This document shows, in pieces, positions 9,072 to 18,700 of a stretch of DNA of 37,690 bases. The notes under the pieces were generated by a model. The model was not told the DNA's origin. It saw nothing but the letters and a program-made list of their open reading frames with translations, and did not search any database. The position numbers were made by a program, and so were the translations under genes. Origin of the DNA: Candidatus Omnitrophota bacterium (GTDB lineage: Bacteria > Omnitrophota > Gorgyraeia > Zapsychrales > Zapsychraceae); assembly GCA_015233495.1 (NCBI GenBank), contig JADFXQ010000014.1:1-37690 (forward strand), written 5' to 3'. How positions within the stretch are numbered: the stretch's first letter is position 1; the number at the start of each line of letters is the position of its first letter.

Positions 9072-9746
9072 ATGTTAAAAATGCTGATGACGCGTTTGCA
9101 GCAAGGGCGGCGGACAATTGCTTTTCCGAAAGGGAAACTGCCGGTTTTACCGCCGCGTTATCGCGGTCAGCCCATCATCGCTGGTTCTGGTGAAAGTTGG
9201 GATTTGGGGCAAATGACATTTTCTCCCGATGAAAATGTCACTTATTCGCCGGATTTTCGGATGGCGGTTTCAAAAAGAGAAGATTTACGGCGGTCGTTGG
9301 AGGTTTGTGAATTAGCTCAAGGTTTGACCAAGGAGATGAAACAGCTTTTCGGGCGTTCCTTAAAACTCCGGCAAGTCTCGGCGGGTGGCTGCAATGCCTG
9401 CGAATTGGATCTGAATGTTTTGAACACAGTAGTTTTTGATTTAAGCCGGTTTGGCATCCAATTTGTCGCTTCGCCGCGTCACGCCGATGGCATTGTGGTT
9501 ACCGGGCCGGTGCCGCGGAATATGAAAGACGCGCTGATTAAAACATACGAGGCTACCCCGGAGCCGAAAATTGTGATCGCTGTCGGGACGTGCGCGATAT
9601 CCGGGGGTATTTTTGCAAAAGGGCCGGAACATTCTTGCGGCGTGGACGCTATTCTTCCCGTTGATCTTTATATCCCGGGATGCCCGCCGCATCCCTTGAC
9701 AATTTTAGACGGTTTGCTGCGGCTAATTAAAAAAATCAAAATTTAA
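9072..9746 (+). CDS. Ehr small subunit (HyfI/NuoB-like) with a Cys-free N-terminal extension
   Basis: SAGGCNACE, ASPRHAD, VGTCAISGG, IPGCPPHP supply the four [4Fe-4S] Cys. Confidence 0.92.
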   Translation: MLKMLMTRLQQGRRTIAFPKGKLPVLPPRYRGQPIIAGSGESWDLGQMTFSPDENVTYSPDFRMAVSKREDLRRSLEVCELAQGLTKEMKQLFGRSLKLRQVSAGGCNACELDLNVLNTVVFDLSRFGIQFVASPRHADGIVVTGPVPRNMKDALIKTYEATPEPKIVIAVGTCAISGGIFAKGPEHSCGVDAILPVDLYIPGCPPHPLTILDGLLRLIKKIKI

Positions 9747-9758
9747 AAGGATTTTGCC

Positions 9759-10085
9759 GTGACTACGATTATCTTATTGACGATTTCCAATATTTTTATG
9801 ACCTTCGCTTGGTATGGTCATTTGAAATATAAATCCTCTCCGATTTATTTGGCGATTCTGGTCAGTTGGCTTATCGCCTTTTTGGAATATTGTTTTCAGG
9901 TTCCGGCTAACCGCATCGGATCCGCGACTTTTACGACGGCTCAGCTTAAGATTATTCAGGAAGTGGTTACCTTGACCGTATTTTGTTTTTTTTCAGTGCT
10001 TTATTTGAAGGAAGGGCTAAAATGGAATTATCTGATCGGATTTTTATTTATGGTGACAGCGGTATTTTTTGTTTTTAAAAAATGA
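9759..10085 (+). CDS. Small DMT-superfamily membrane protein (DUF486-like)
   Basis: SNIFMTFAWYGHLK, EYCFQVPANRIG, QLKIIQEVVTL; four TM segments; GTG start after AAGGA. Confidence 0.88.
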   Translation: MTTIILLTISNIFMTFAWYGHLKYKSSPIYLAILVSWLIAFLEYCFQVPANRIGSATFTTAQLKIIQEVVTLTVFCFFSVLYLKEGLKWNYLIGFLFMVTAVFFVFKK

Positions 10086-10684
10086 ACGAAAGGGCGCTCT
10101 GTATGTTCCAGGAAATTTTTCTTGCTTCAATACCGATTTTTGTCGCGGTAGACGCGGTGGGAGTGCTGCCGATTTTTATTTCTCTTACCGAAGGCATGCC
10201 GGCCAAAAAAAAATTTCAGGTTATCCGCCAATCTTTAGTTGTGGCGTTTTCTTTGGCTTTTGTTTTTATTTTAATCGGCAAAGCGGTCTTTGGCTTATTA
10301 GGGATTACGGTTGCCGATTTTATGATCGCCGGCGGGTTGATCCTTTTTTGTATCGCGGTTATTGATTTATTATTGCGCGGAAAAGACCGCCGGAATCATA
10401 ACGATGATTTTGCCGCGGTTCCTCTGGGCACGCCATTGATTGTCGGACCGGCGGTATTAACCACTTCCTTGATAATGCGCGATCAACATGGTTTATCCGT
10501 AACTTTGATCGCTTTGTTTATCAACATTGGACTGGCGGGCCTCATTTTTGTCGGATCCGACGCGATTATCCGGATGATGGGAAAAACGGGAACCCGGGTT
10601 GTTTCAAAAATCATGGCTTTGTTTTTAGCGGCTATCGCCGTAATGATGGTGCGGCGCGGATTGTATTTGATGATGGGAAAATAA
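10082..10684 (+). CDS. MarC family integral membrane protein
   Basis: DAVGVLPIF, FMIAGGLILF, VPLGTPLIVGPA, KIMALFLAAIAV. Alternative start at ATG 10103. Confidence 0.9.
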   Translation: MNERALCMFQEIFLASIPIFVAVDAVGVLPIFISLTEGMPAKKKFQVIRQSLVVAFSLAFVFILIGKAVFGLLGITVADFMIAGGLILFCIAVIDLLLRGKDRRNHNDDFAAVPLGTPLIVGPAVLTTSLIMRDQHGLSVTLIALFINIGLAGLIFVGSDAIIRMMGKTGTRVVSKIMALFLAAIAVMMVRRGLYLMMGK

Positions 10685-10688
10685 TGCC

Positions 10689-10886
10689 ATGAAAACTTGG
10701 GGATATATTCTGATCGGTTTTTTAATGGGAATATTTTTATTGCAAAATACCCATGTGATGACCATCAAATTTTTATTTTGGGAAATGTCCATGTCGCGGG
10801 TTATTTTTGTGCCCTTCATTTTTTTATTGGGTTTTATCGCCGGTTTTTTCACGGCAAGTGGAAAGACCATGGGTAAAAAACGTTAA
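10689..10886 (+). CDS. Small LapA/DUF1049-like membrane protein
   Basis: Two hydrophobic segments around the IFLLQN...IKFLFW pattern and a basic tail. Confidence 0.7.
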   Translation: MKTWGYILIGFLMGIFLLQNTHVMTIKFLFWEMSMSRVIFVPFIFLLGFIAGFFTASGKTMGKKR

Positions 10887-10910
10887 CTTGCGGCGCAGTC
10901 AGGCGCGGTC

Positions 10911-10935
10911 GCGAAACGCCTAGCGGCGTTTTTGC
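10911..10935 (+). terminator. Possible weak intrinsic terminator
   Basis: AAACGCC-TAGC-GGCGTTT followed by a short T run. Confidence 0.35.
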
Positions 10936-10958
10936 TCTAATTCTTTCAAAGGAGATTT

Positions 10959-12053
10959 ATGAAACGAGTCCAACGTATCGGCATATTGACTGGCGGCGGC
11001 GACGCGCCCGGGTTGAACGCGGTCATCCGCGCGGTCACCAAAACCGCGATCATTGAACACGGCATGGAAGTCGTCGGGATTGAAGACGGGTTTGAAGGGG
11101 TAATGCTGAATAAATTTCATCTTTTGCAGAAGCATGATGTTTCGGGTATTTTGACTTTAGGGGGAACGATTTTAGGCACTTCCAACAAAACCAATCCGTA
11201 CAAATATTTTGATCCGAAGCACCCCGAAGCCACTTTAAAAGATTTGTCGAAAAAGGCATTAAGGAATTTTGCGGCGATGAAAATCGATTGTCTGGTCTGC
11301 ATCGGCGGCGATGGGACCATGCGGATAGCCAGCCGGTTGTTTGAAGATGGTTTGCCGGTGGTTGGCGTGCCGAAGACCATTGATAATGATATTATTGGCA
11401 CCGACGTAACCTTCGGATTTGACACGGCGGTGGAAATCGCCACCGAAGCGATTGACCGCATCCATACAACCGCGATGGCGCATCACCGGGTGATGATCGT
11501 TGAATTGATGGGAAGGACTGCCGGTTGGATTACTTTGCACGCGGGCGTGGCCGGCGGCGGCGATATTTTATTGATCCCGGAAATTCCTTATTTTTTGGAC
11601 GTTATTTGCGATAAAGTTAAAGAACGTTCCAAAAAAGGGAAACGTTTCAGCATTGTGGTGGTTTCCGAGGGGGCCAGACCCGTCGATGGCAATGTTGTCG
11701 TTAAAAAAATTGTCCAGGACCCGTCACAGCCGGTGCGGTTAGGCGGGATTAGTTTTTTATTGGCTGATCAGATTGAAGCGCGGACCGGACTGGAAGCGCG
11801 CGCGGTTGTTTTAGGGCATTTGCAAAGAGGCGGCACCCCCAGCGGTTTTGACCGGGTGCTGGCAACGCAATTGGGCGTGGGCGCGGTTGATTTGATGACC
11901 CGCCAGCGGTTCGGATATATGGTGGGTGTGCAAGGCGGGAAATTTGTGGATGTGCCTTTTAATGAGGTATCCCGCGGCGCGCGGTTGATCCCTCCGGATC
12001 ATGTGCTGATCGCCGCGGCAAGATCGGTTGGGACCTGCTTCGGAGACCGTTAA
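10959..12053 (+). CDS. pfkA: 6-phosphofructokinase (group III type)
   Basis: TGGGDAPGLN, GGTILGTS, GGDGT, PKTIDND, ELMGR, LGHLQRGG; AAGGAG RBS. Confidence 0.95.
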   Translation: MKRVQRIGILTGGGDAPGLNAVIRAVTKTAIIEHGMEVVGIEDGFEGVMLNKFHLLQKHDVSGILTLGGTILGTSNKTNPYKYFDPKHPEATLKDLSKKALRNFAAMKIDCLVCIGGDGTMRIASRLFEDGLPVVGVPKTIDNDIIGTDVTFGFDTAVEIATEAIDRIHTTAMAHHRVMIVELMGRTAGWITLHAGVAGGGDILLIPEIPYFLDVICDKVKERSKKGKRFSIVVVSEGARPVDGNVVVKKIVQDPSQPVRLGGISFLLADQIEARTGLEARAVVLGHLQRGGTPSGFDRVLATQLGVGAVDLMTRQRFGYMVGVQGGKFVDVPFNEVSRGARLIPPDHVLIAAARSVGTCFGDR

Positions 12054-12104
12054 TGATAAAGCAAGTCCGGTTATCCGAGATTGAGGAAAAAGTGACCCAA
12101 AATC

Positions 12105-13376
12105 ATGAAAAAAATAATTTTAGGTTTATTACTTTTGCTGGGCATAGGAACTGCGGTTCTCTATTACGCTTTATACACATCCGCTGGGGCGCGAATTGTC
12201 ATTAAATTTCTGCAAAAAGTCCATCCGGTTTTTCTGCAAGCGCAATACGATCGTGTCGAAGGAAATTTAAAGCAAGGCTTGATCTTGCGCGGCGTGAAAA
12301 TTCGCCATTTGCCGAATTTTCCTGTCGCGACGTCAATCGAGGCCCAAAGGGTGAATGTCCATATTGATATTTTGGCGCGCCAGAATTGGGACGTGCAAAT
12401 TGAGCAGGGCCGGGTGGTTTTAGAAGATGGATTGGTGATTTTGATTGAAGGGAATTGGTCAACAGCGGGACTCGCCTTTAACGTGTTTTCGCCCCATCTG
12501 GATATTGAAAATTTACTGCATTTGTTTCCGGATTTGAATCATTATAAAATTACCGGAGCGATTGATCATGCCGAATGCGGCTTAACCGGTCAAGTATTCC
12601 GGTTATCCGTTACGGGAAAATGTTTGATTTCCCGGCTGCAATATCAGCGTTTTTTTGCGCAGGAACTTCCGGCGCAGATCAGTTTAGAGATCACCGCCCC
12701 GGCCGGCCGCCTGAATCTTTATGGACAGGTCAAATTAGCTTCCGGTATGGTGAGCGGTTCTTCCATGGCGACGATTACTTTGGCGCCGAGTCAATTTGAT
12801 TTTCGCGGGGATCCGCGCCGGGTTTTGTATCAAGTGAAGGGAGAGTCTCAGGTTGATCAGACAATCATTCACCTTGTTTTGCGCGGCAACGGGCTGAAAC
12901 CGGATTTGCAGTTGACCTCTGATCCCATGATGCCGCAGGAGGCGTTGTTGGTGATGTTAGCGACTAACAAAAGCTGGTCGAATATTACCGGGGCTTTGTC
13001 CAATGGCAAGATTTCGCCGGATATCGCGAAAGATTTTATTGATTATTTTGTGCTTAACGGTCAAGGAAAAGTTCTGGGCGAAAAATTCGGCATTCGCAAT
13101 TTTACCATTCATTATGACAACCAAGGCACGGGCTTGGGTATCACCAAAGAGATTTCGAAACAGCTCGACGCTATTTACGACATCCGGACGAAAACCTTGC
13201 CCGCCGGATCAAAAGAGACCAAACATATTTTTGGCGGCGAACTGCATGTCACCGATCAAATTTCCGTTAATGCTTTGCGCCAGTATCAATTTCAAGAAGA
13301 CCCCAGCGGCCGGCCTTTGCCAGAGCAGACCCGTGCGGATGGGGAATTGCTGCTTAAGTTCAAAACCAAATTTTGA
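12105..13376 (+). CDS. Short TamB/AsmA-like protein (N-terminal anchor, DUF490-like C-terminus)
   Basis: N-terminal TM followed by TSAGAR...VEGNLKQGL; beta-rich body; LRGNGLKPDLQLTSDPMMPQEALLVML; C-terminal Phe. Confidence 0.65.
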   Translation: MKKIILGLLLLLGIGTAVLYYALYTSAGARIVIKFLQKVHPVFLQAQYDRVEGNLKQGLILRGVKIRHLPNFPVATSIEAQRVNVHIDILARQNWDVQIEQGRVVLEDGLVILIEGNWSTAGLAFNVFSPHLDIENLLHLFPDLNHYKITGAIDHAECGLTGQVFRLSVTGKCLISRLQYQRFFAQELPAQISLEITAPAGRLNLYGQVKLASGMVSGSSMATITLAPSQFDFRGDPRRVLYQVKGESQVDQTIIHLVLRGNGLKPDLQLTSDPMMPQEALLVMLATNKSWSNITGALSNGKISPDIAKDFIDYFVLNGQGKVLGEKFGIRNFTIHYDNQGTGLGITKEISKQLDAIYDIRTKTLPAGSKETKHIFGGELHVTDQISVNALRQYQFQEDPSGRPLPEQTRADGELLLKFKTKF

Positions 13377-13529
13377 ATGAGTAAGTAAGGCTAAAAGTTA
13401 TTTTCTTCTGACACAATAAGGGTTTTTTGGCCAAAAGTCTGCGAGGCAGACGGGCAAAATAACCCGGGTCAGAAGAAAATAACTTTTAGCCTTACTTACT
13501 CATTCAAAATTTCAAAAAGACAAAATTAT
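13368..13529. repeat. Palindromic MITE/REP-like element, copy 1
   Basis: Perfect 45-bp inverted repeat (13368-13412 / 13468-13512) around a 55-nt spacer that itself folds. Homologous to 30506-30688. Confidence 0.9.
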
Positions 13530-13544
13530 TAAAATGAATATTCA

Positions 13545-13573
13545 TAGACAGTTTACTTAGAGGAAGATATACT
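13545..13573 (+). promoter_or_regulatory. Putative sigma70 promoter
   Basis: TAGACA (13545-13550), 17 bp, TATACT (13568-13573); GAGGA RBS follows. Confidence 0.45.
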
Positions 13574-13593
13574 TTTTTATAAGAGGACGGCTT

Positions 13594-14217
13594 ATGGCAA
13601 ATGAAGTCATTTGGCCGGAATTCACGCCGGTGCGTCATAAACGGGACGGGTACGCGGGATGGATTCATTCCGTTACCCGGATGCGTGAATTGTTCACTGG
13701 GGAGGTTGATTCCGACTGGCAGTACACCATCCGGGTGCCTGGAAAAGAGCGGATGTTGATCGCTCCGGGGGCGGATTTGGAATGGGTAGCTGCCGGCGCG
13801 CCGTTTCCTCCTTATATCCGCGTTGAGGATCAATCAGACGGACGTTATCACGAAGAGACCCGCTTGCATTCGTTGAAATATCAGATTTCCGATATGGCTT
13901 GGGAAGACCGCTGGAATTTGCTGGTCTATGTCGCAGTCCCTTTGATCGGAGTGGGAGAAACCGTTCACACGATTCTTTCTTTGGTCCATGCCCGTTGTAA
14001 GACGAAAAAAGAACGGTTGGAGCGCTATCGTTACGCTTTGACCGAATGGCGTTCTGATTTGGATATGCTGCTTTGTCATTATCAAAAGAGCCCGACGTTG
14101 AAAGACGCGGTTCTTTTGGAATATATCAAAAAAACCGAACACAAGATGGATGATATAAAAATCGAGAAAAAATTTGCCGAACGTTGGGAACGAGCAGAGT
14201 TAAAAAATAAGGGTTGA
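13594..14217 (+). CDS. Hypothetical protein
   Basis: 207-aa ORF with RBS filling the gap before purB; no family recognised with confidence. Confidence 0.75.
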   Translation: MANEVIWPEFTPVRHKRDGYAGWIHSVTRMRELFTGEVDSDWQYTIRVPGKERMLIAPGADLEWVAAGAPFPPYIRVEDQSDGRYHEETRLHSLKYQISDMAWEDRWNLLVYVAVPLIGVGETVHTILSLVHARCKTKKERLERYRYALTEWRSDLDMLLCHYQKSPTLKDAVLLEYIKKTEHKMDDIKIEKKFAERWERAELKNKG

Positions 14218-14220
14218 AGC

Positions 14221-15609
14221 ATGGAATCCTGCGAAAATTTATCGCCTTTAGACGGCCGCTATCAAAATCACTGCGCAGAACTCCGGGGAATTTTTTCCGA
14301 ATTTGGGCTGATTCAGCGCCGGGTATTTGTGGAAACGCAATGGCTAAAATTTATCCTGCGCGATTTGCATTTTGCTTCCGTGAGTGAAGCGGATTTGCGA
14401 ATCATGGAATCCTTGGCCGCGGATTTCACGCCCGCCCAGGCCGCAGCGGTGAAAGACATCGAAAAAACCACTAATCATGATGTGAAAGCAGTGGAATATT
14501 ATTTGAAAGACCGTCTCACTGCCGCGGGTTTAGGGCATTTGAAAGAATGGGTGCACTTTTCCTGCACGTCGGAAGACATCAATAACGCGGCCTATGCTTT
14601 AATGCTGCAATCCGGCCGGCAGATCTTGCTCGATAAATTGGAATCCTTGATCGCGGGGGTGGAAACTTTAGGCCGGCAATACCGCAGCGTGCCGATGTTG
14701 AGCCGCACGCATGGTCAACCGGCAACTCCGACGACCGTGGGCAAAGAGTTTATCAATTTCGCCTGGCGTTTAACCCTGGAAAAAAACATATTGGCCGGCG
14801 TAAAGATGGCCGCTAAATTTAACGGCGCGACCGGTAATTATAACGCGCATTATTTTGTCCGTCCGGATATCGCGTGGAGCGCGGCGGGAGAAAAATTTGT
14901 GCGTGATTCCTTAGGCCTGGAACCGCTTTTTTGGACCACGCAAATCAATCCTTATCACAGCGTCTCCCAACTGCTGCATGCTCTGATCCGGATCGCGGCG
15001 GTGTTGATCGATTTGGACCGCGATCTTTGGGGATACATCAGCCTGGGTTATTTTAAGCAAAAATTAACCTACGGTGAAGTTGGTTCATCGACGATGCCGC
15101 ATAAGGTCAATCCGATTGATTTTGAAAACAGCGAAGGAAATTTGGGATTGGCAATCAGTATTATGGACCATATGGCGGTTAAACTTTTGCAATCGCGGTT
15201 TCAACGCGACTTAACCGACAGCACGGTTTTGCGCAACTTAGGATCAGTATTTGGTTATTTACTGCTTGGTTTTAAAAGCGTGCTAAAGGGACTGGGAAAA
15301 ATCGAGTTAAATGAAGCCGGCGTGCGGGAAGATTTGCGCTCGCATCCGGAATTGTTAGCGGAGCCTTTTCAAACCGCGATGCGGATCTACGGCGAAACCA
15401 ACCCTTATGAGCGTCTGAAAGATTTGACCCGCGGCGCTACACTCGCGCCCGGCGTTTGGGCAAATTTTATCGACGGACTAAATAATGTGCCGGTAGAAAT
15501 GAAGGCGCGGATGAAAAATTTAACCCCGGAAACCTACATCGGTTTGGCGCGACATTTGGTAGACGAGTATTTCGCCAAAAAAGGAGATTGCCATGCCGCA
15601 ATTGGATAA
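14221..15609 (+). CDS. purB: Adenylosuccinate lyase
   Basis: LSPLDGRY, TNHDVKAVEY, HFSCTSEDINN, RTHGQPATPT, GSSTMPHKVNPIDFENSEGN. Confidence 0.97.
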   Translation: MESCENLSPLDGRYQNHCAELRGIFSEFGLIQRRVFVETQWLKFILRDLHFASVSEADLRIMESLAADFTPAQAAAVKDIEKTTNHDVKAVEYYLKDRLTAAGLGHLKEWVHFSCTSEDINNAAYALMLQSGRQILLDKLESLIAGVETLGRQYRSVPMLSRTHGQPATPTTVGKEFINFAWRLTLEKNILAGVKMAAKFNGATGNYNAHYFVRPDIAWSAAGEKFVRDSLGLEPLFWTTQINPYHSVSQLLHALIRIAAVLIDLDRDLWGYISLGYFKQKLTYGEVGSSTMPHKVNPIDFENSEGNLGLAISIMDHMAVKLLQSRFQRDLTDSTVLRNLGSVFGYLLLGFKSVLKGLGKIELNEAGVREDLRSHPELLAEPFQTAMRIYGETNPYERLKDLTRGATLAPGVWANFIDGLNNVPVEMKARMKNLTPETYIGLARHLVDEYFAKKGDCHAAIG

Positions 15610-15742
15610 TAAATTTTCTACGGAACACTTTACGGTCGCCATTTATGATATCATTAAATTCCTCGAGCAATTGATTGTGGAACATATTCTCGCCATCGAT
15701 ACCAAACTCCGTCCTTCCGGAAAAAAGTTTTCCGCGGTTTAG
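15593..15742 (+). CDS. 49-aa small ORF resembling the C-terminal helix of bacteriohemerythrin (possible remnant)
   Basis: AAGGAG RBS then MPQLDNKFSTEHFTVAIYDIIKFLEQLIVEHILAIDTKLRPSGKKFSAV*. FLxxLIxxHILxxDxK matches the hemerythrin H-x4-D tail. Below the ORF-track cutoff. Confidence 0.45.
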   Translation: MPQLDNKFSTEHFTVAIYDIIKFLEQLIVEHILAIDTKLRPSGKKFSAV

Positions 15743-15744
15743 GG

Positions 15745-18700
15745 TTAGCGGTTTTCAAAAAGTTTTAATTGGTCGTGGTCGGCGGATTTTTTTGCGCGGC
15801 GATTCTGGGCTTCAAGTCGGAATAATTCCCGGCGGATGTCCAAGAGAAACGGGCTTTCCGGTAACCTGAAGGTCCGGCCATTGATGACACGCCTTTGCGC
15901 GCGGGTCAAGATCAGCTGGTTTTTGGCCCGGGTCATTCCGACAAAAAGCAATCGTCGTTCTTCTTCCCGGTCGGTTGTCTGATTCGGGTAAAGATGAAAA
16001 GGGATCAGCCCATCTTCGCATCCCGCGATAAAGACACAAGCAAATTCCAGACCCTTGGCCGCGTGAATCGTGGTTAAATGAACTTGCTGCGCGCCCCAAA
16101 CCTGGTTATCCGAATCTGCCGCGGTATCAACATAATTGAGAAAACCTTCCGGGTCATTTCCGAAATCCAAACTTAGGTTCAGCAATTGTTGCAAAGTATT
16201 CGCGGAATTTGCTTGGATTTGATCCGGCAAAAGCTGAGCGATCAAATCGGTAAACATCTCCTGCAAAGGCGGGGAAGCTGTTTTGAGCTTTTTAAAAAGC
16301 GCGGACAATTTTTTTTCTAATCCGGCTTGTTGGATTTTGAAGAGAATAAACGGGTGTTGGGGATGGCGGAAAAAGCGCAAACTGTCGATCAGTGTGGCAA
16401 TTGGCTCCTGAGTGAAAAAAGGAGTTTCCCCGGATTTTTGATACGGGATCGCGTGGTCATTTAAAGCTTTTTCAATGGCGGGCATAAGCGCTTTTACCCG
16501 GCAGAGAATCGCGAAATCCGCAAAACCCAGTTCATCCGAATGAGCATGACCATCCGCAACGCCGCTGTCTAAAGAAAAAAAACGGGTGCCCCCGATCTGT
16601 TTTTCAATGGCACGGGCTATGAATTCCGCTTCACTTTGATCCGTTGACTGCGGGGCGATGCGAATTTTAATTCCGTCGGACAAGCTTTCCAGCATTTGCG
16701 GGGATTCGTTTTGCGTGGCAATCACATCCGTTGACGCTTGCAAAATCGCTTGGGAGCAACGGTAACTGGTCCGGAGGGAAATTATCCGGCTCTGAGGATA
16801 ATCTTTTTGGAATTGCCGGATAAACCGAATATCCGCGCCGCGGAATCCATAGATGGCTTGGTTGGGATCGCCGATCGCGAACAGAGAACTTTGATCATCC
16901 GGCATCAAAGCTCGGATAAGTTCATATTGAATTGGGTTAATGTCTTGATACTCGTCTATGAGTAAATGACAATATTGTTCCCGGAGGCGATGCCGGATGT
17001 CCGGAAATTGCGCAAATAATCGTAAGGGACCGCTTTGCAGGTCGTCAAAATCAACCAAATCCATTTCGGCCAAGGTTTTTTCATATTTTTTAACCACGCC
17101 CTGACTTGTCGCGGCGGTTTGTTGTTTGATAAGGGAGATCTTGGAGGAAATTTTTTCCAGATCGCTGTCCGGCGTGCCGCAGCAGTGTTTTAAGAGAAAG
17201 CGTTTTTGATCTTCATTAACGACCCCCAAACGCTCGGTCCGTTTGTATACTGCGGCGTTATTTTTGATAATTTTTTGGCCGAAAGCGTGAAACGTCATTA
17301 CCGAAAAGTCCGCAACCTCCAAACCGGTAGGGCTCAATTCCTGCAAGCGATGGCGCATTTCTTGCGCCGCTTTATTGGTAAAGGTGATGGCTAAGATGTT
17401 GCGCGGGTTAACACCGTGGTTGGTCACTAATTCTATGATGCGGCAGATTAAAGTTTTGGTTTTCCCGGTTCCCGGTCCAGCTAAGATCAAGGCCGGTCCC
17501 GGATCGAGTTGAACGGCTTGCCTTTGCTCGGGGTTTAACCCGCGTAAATGCGGCAGCGCGTCCTCAGGAACTATGAAATTCGACGGATGATCCGGCGCGG
17601 CAAAAGAGCCGGGAACAACGGCGTGATATTCTTTCAGGTCAAAAGGGATGAGCGGTCTAACCGCCGGCGCGGCCGGATGTTCCGGGAAAGCGGTTTCGAA
17701 TAAATAATTCGGCTGTTTTAGTTTGGGAATTTCATTTTTGGCAAATACGGTAATTTTCCCATACTCGCCGTCATAACCTTCTTCAATATAAACCCGGCGC
17801 TGGCGCAGACGTTCAATCGCCGTAGCCAAGAGCGGGTATCCTTTGCTCCGAATTTCTTCCAAGGGAGTGGATAAAAGGATAGGCAATTCCGGTCCCAAAT
17901 TATTTAATATCTGAAAATACGCTTGGGTTACTTTTTTTGATCCAGAGCCGCAATGCTCTATTTCCGCCAAAATTTCGGGTAAGGGGATAATGGAATAAAA
18001 AGGCAAGCGGCGCGGCCGTTTGAGAGGATCAGCGCGTCCGGATAACGCGGCTACCCGGTTGAGCACGCCGATAGTTAAGGGTTTGCCGCAGGCCGGACAG
18101 AGGTTATGAAGTTTTAAAGATTCTAAAGGGCTTGTGCCGATGCCGCATTTGCGGTGCCCGTCAAAATGATATTTGCCTTCTTGCGGAAATAAATGAATGC
18201 TTCCCAGACAATGCCGCGGGTCGCCGGATTTGACGGCAGCTGTAAGCTCGCGGTAAGAAAGACCGATATCGAAAATGTTAGCGTTGCGTCCTAATCGGTC
18301 CGGAGAGTGCGCGTCGGAGTTGGCGATCAGCGTGAAACGATCTAAGAATGGGCAGAGCCAATTCATGGGCGCGTCGGAAGAAAGGCCGGTTTCTACCGCA
18401 TAAATCTGATCGCTTAAATCCGTAAAACATTCTTCCACGGAATTGAACCCGGATTTTGAGCCCAGAACAGAAAACCAGGGCGTCCAGATATGCGCGGGAA
18501 TGAAGAGCATTTCCGGCGAGGCGTCTAAAGCCATTGCCAAGAGATTTTTCGCGTCCAGCCCGATGATCGGCCGCCCGTCGGAAGTAATATTCGCTCCGAT
18601 TTTCAACAAGGATTTTTGCAAGCGTTCAACGCTTTTAAAATCCGGGGCAAAAAGCAGATTGTGAATTTTGCGGACCTTGCCGTTTTTTTTATAAATTGTG

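Noticed and set aside
2674..9746. Calling this cluster a functional hydrogenase-4 or NADH dehydrogenase
   Set aside because: The large subunit lacks both NiFe CxxC motifs and there is no NADH-input module.
13368..13512. Simple rho-independent terminator or CRISPR repeat
   Set aside because: The arms are 45 bp, a dispersed second copy exists, and there is no repeat-spacer periodicity.
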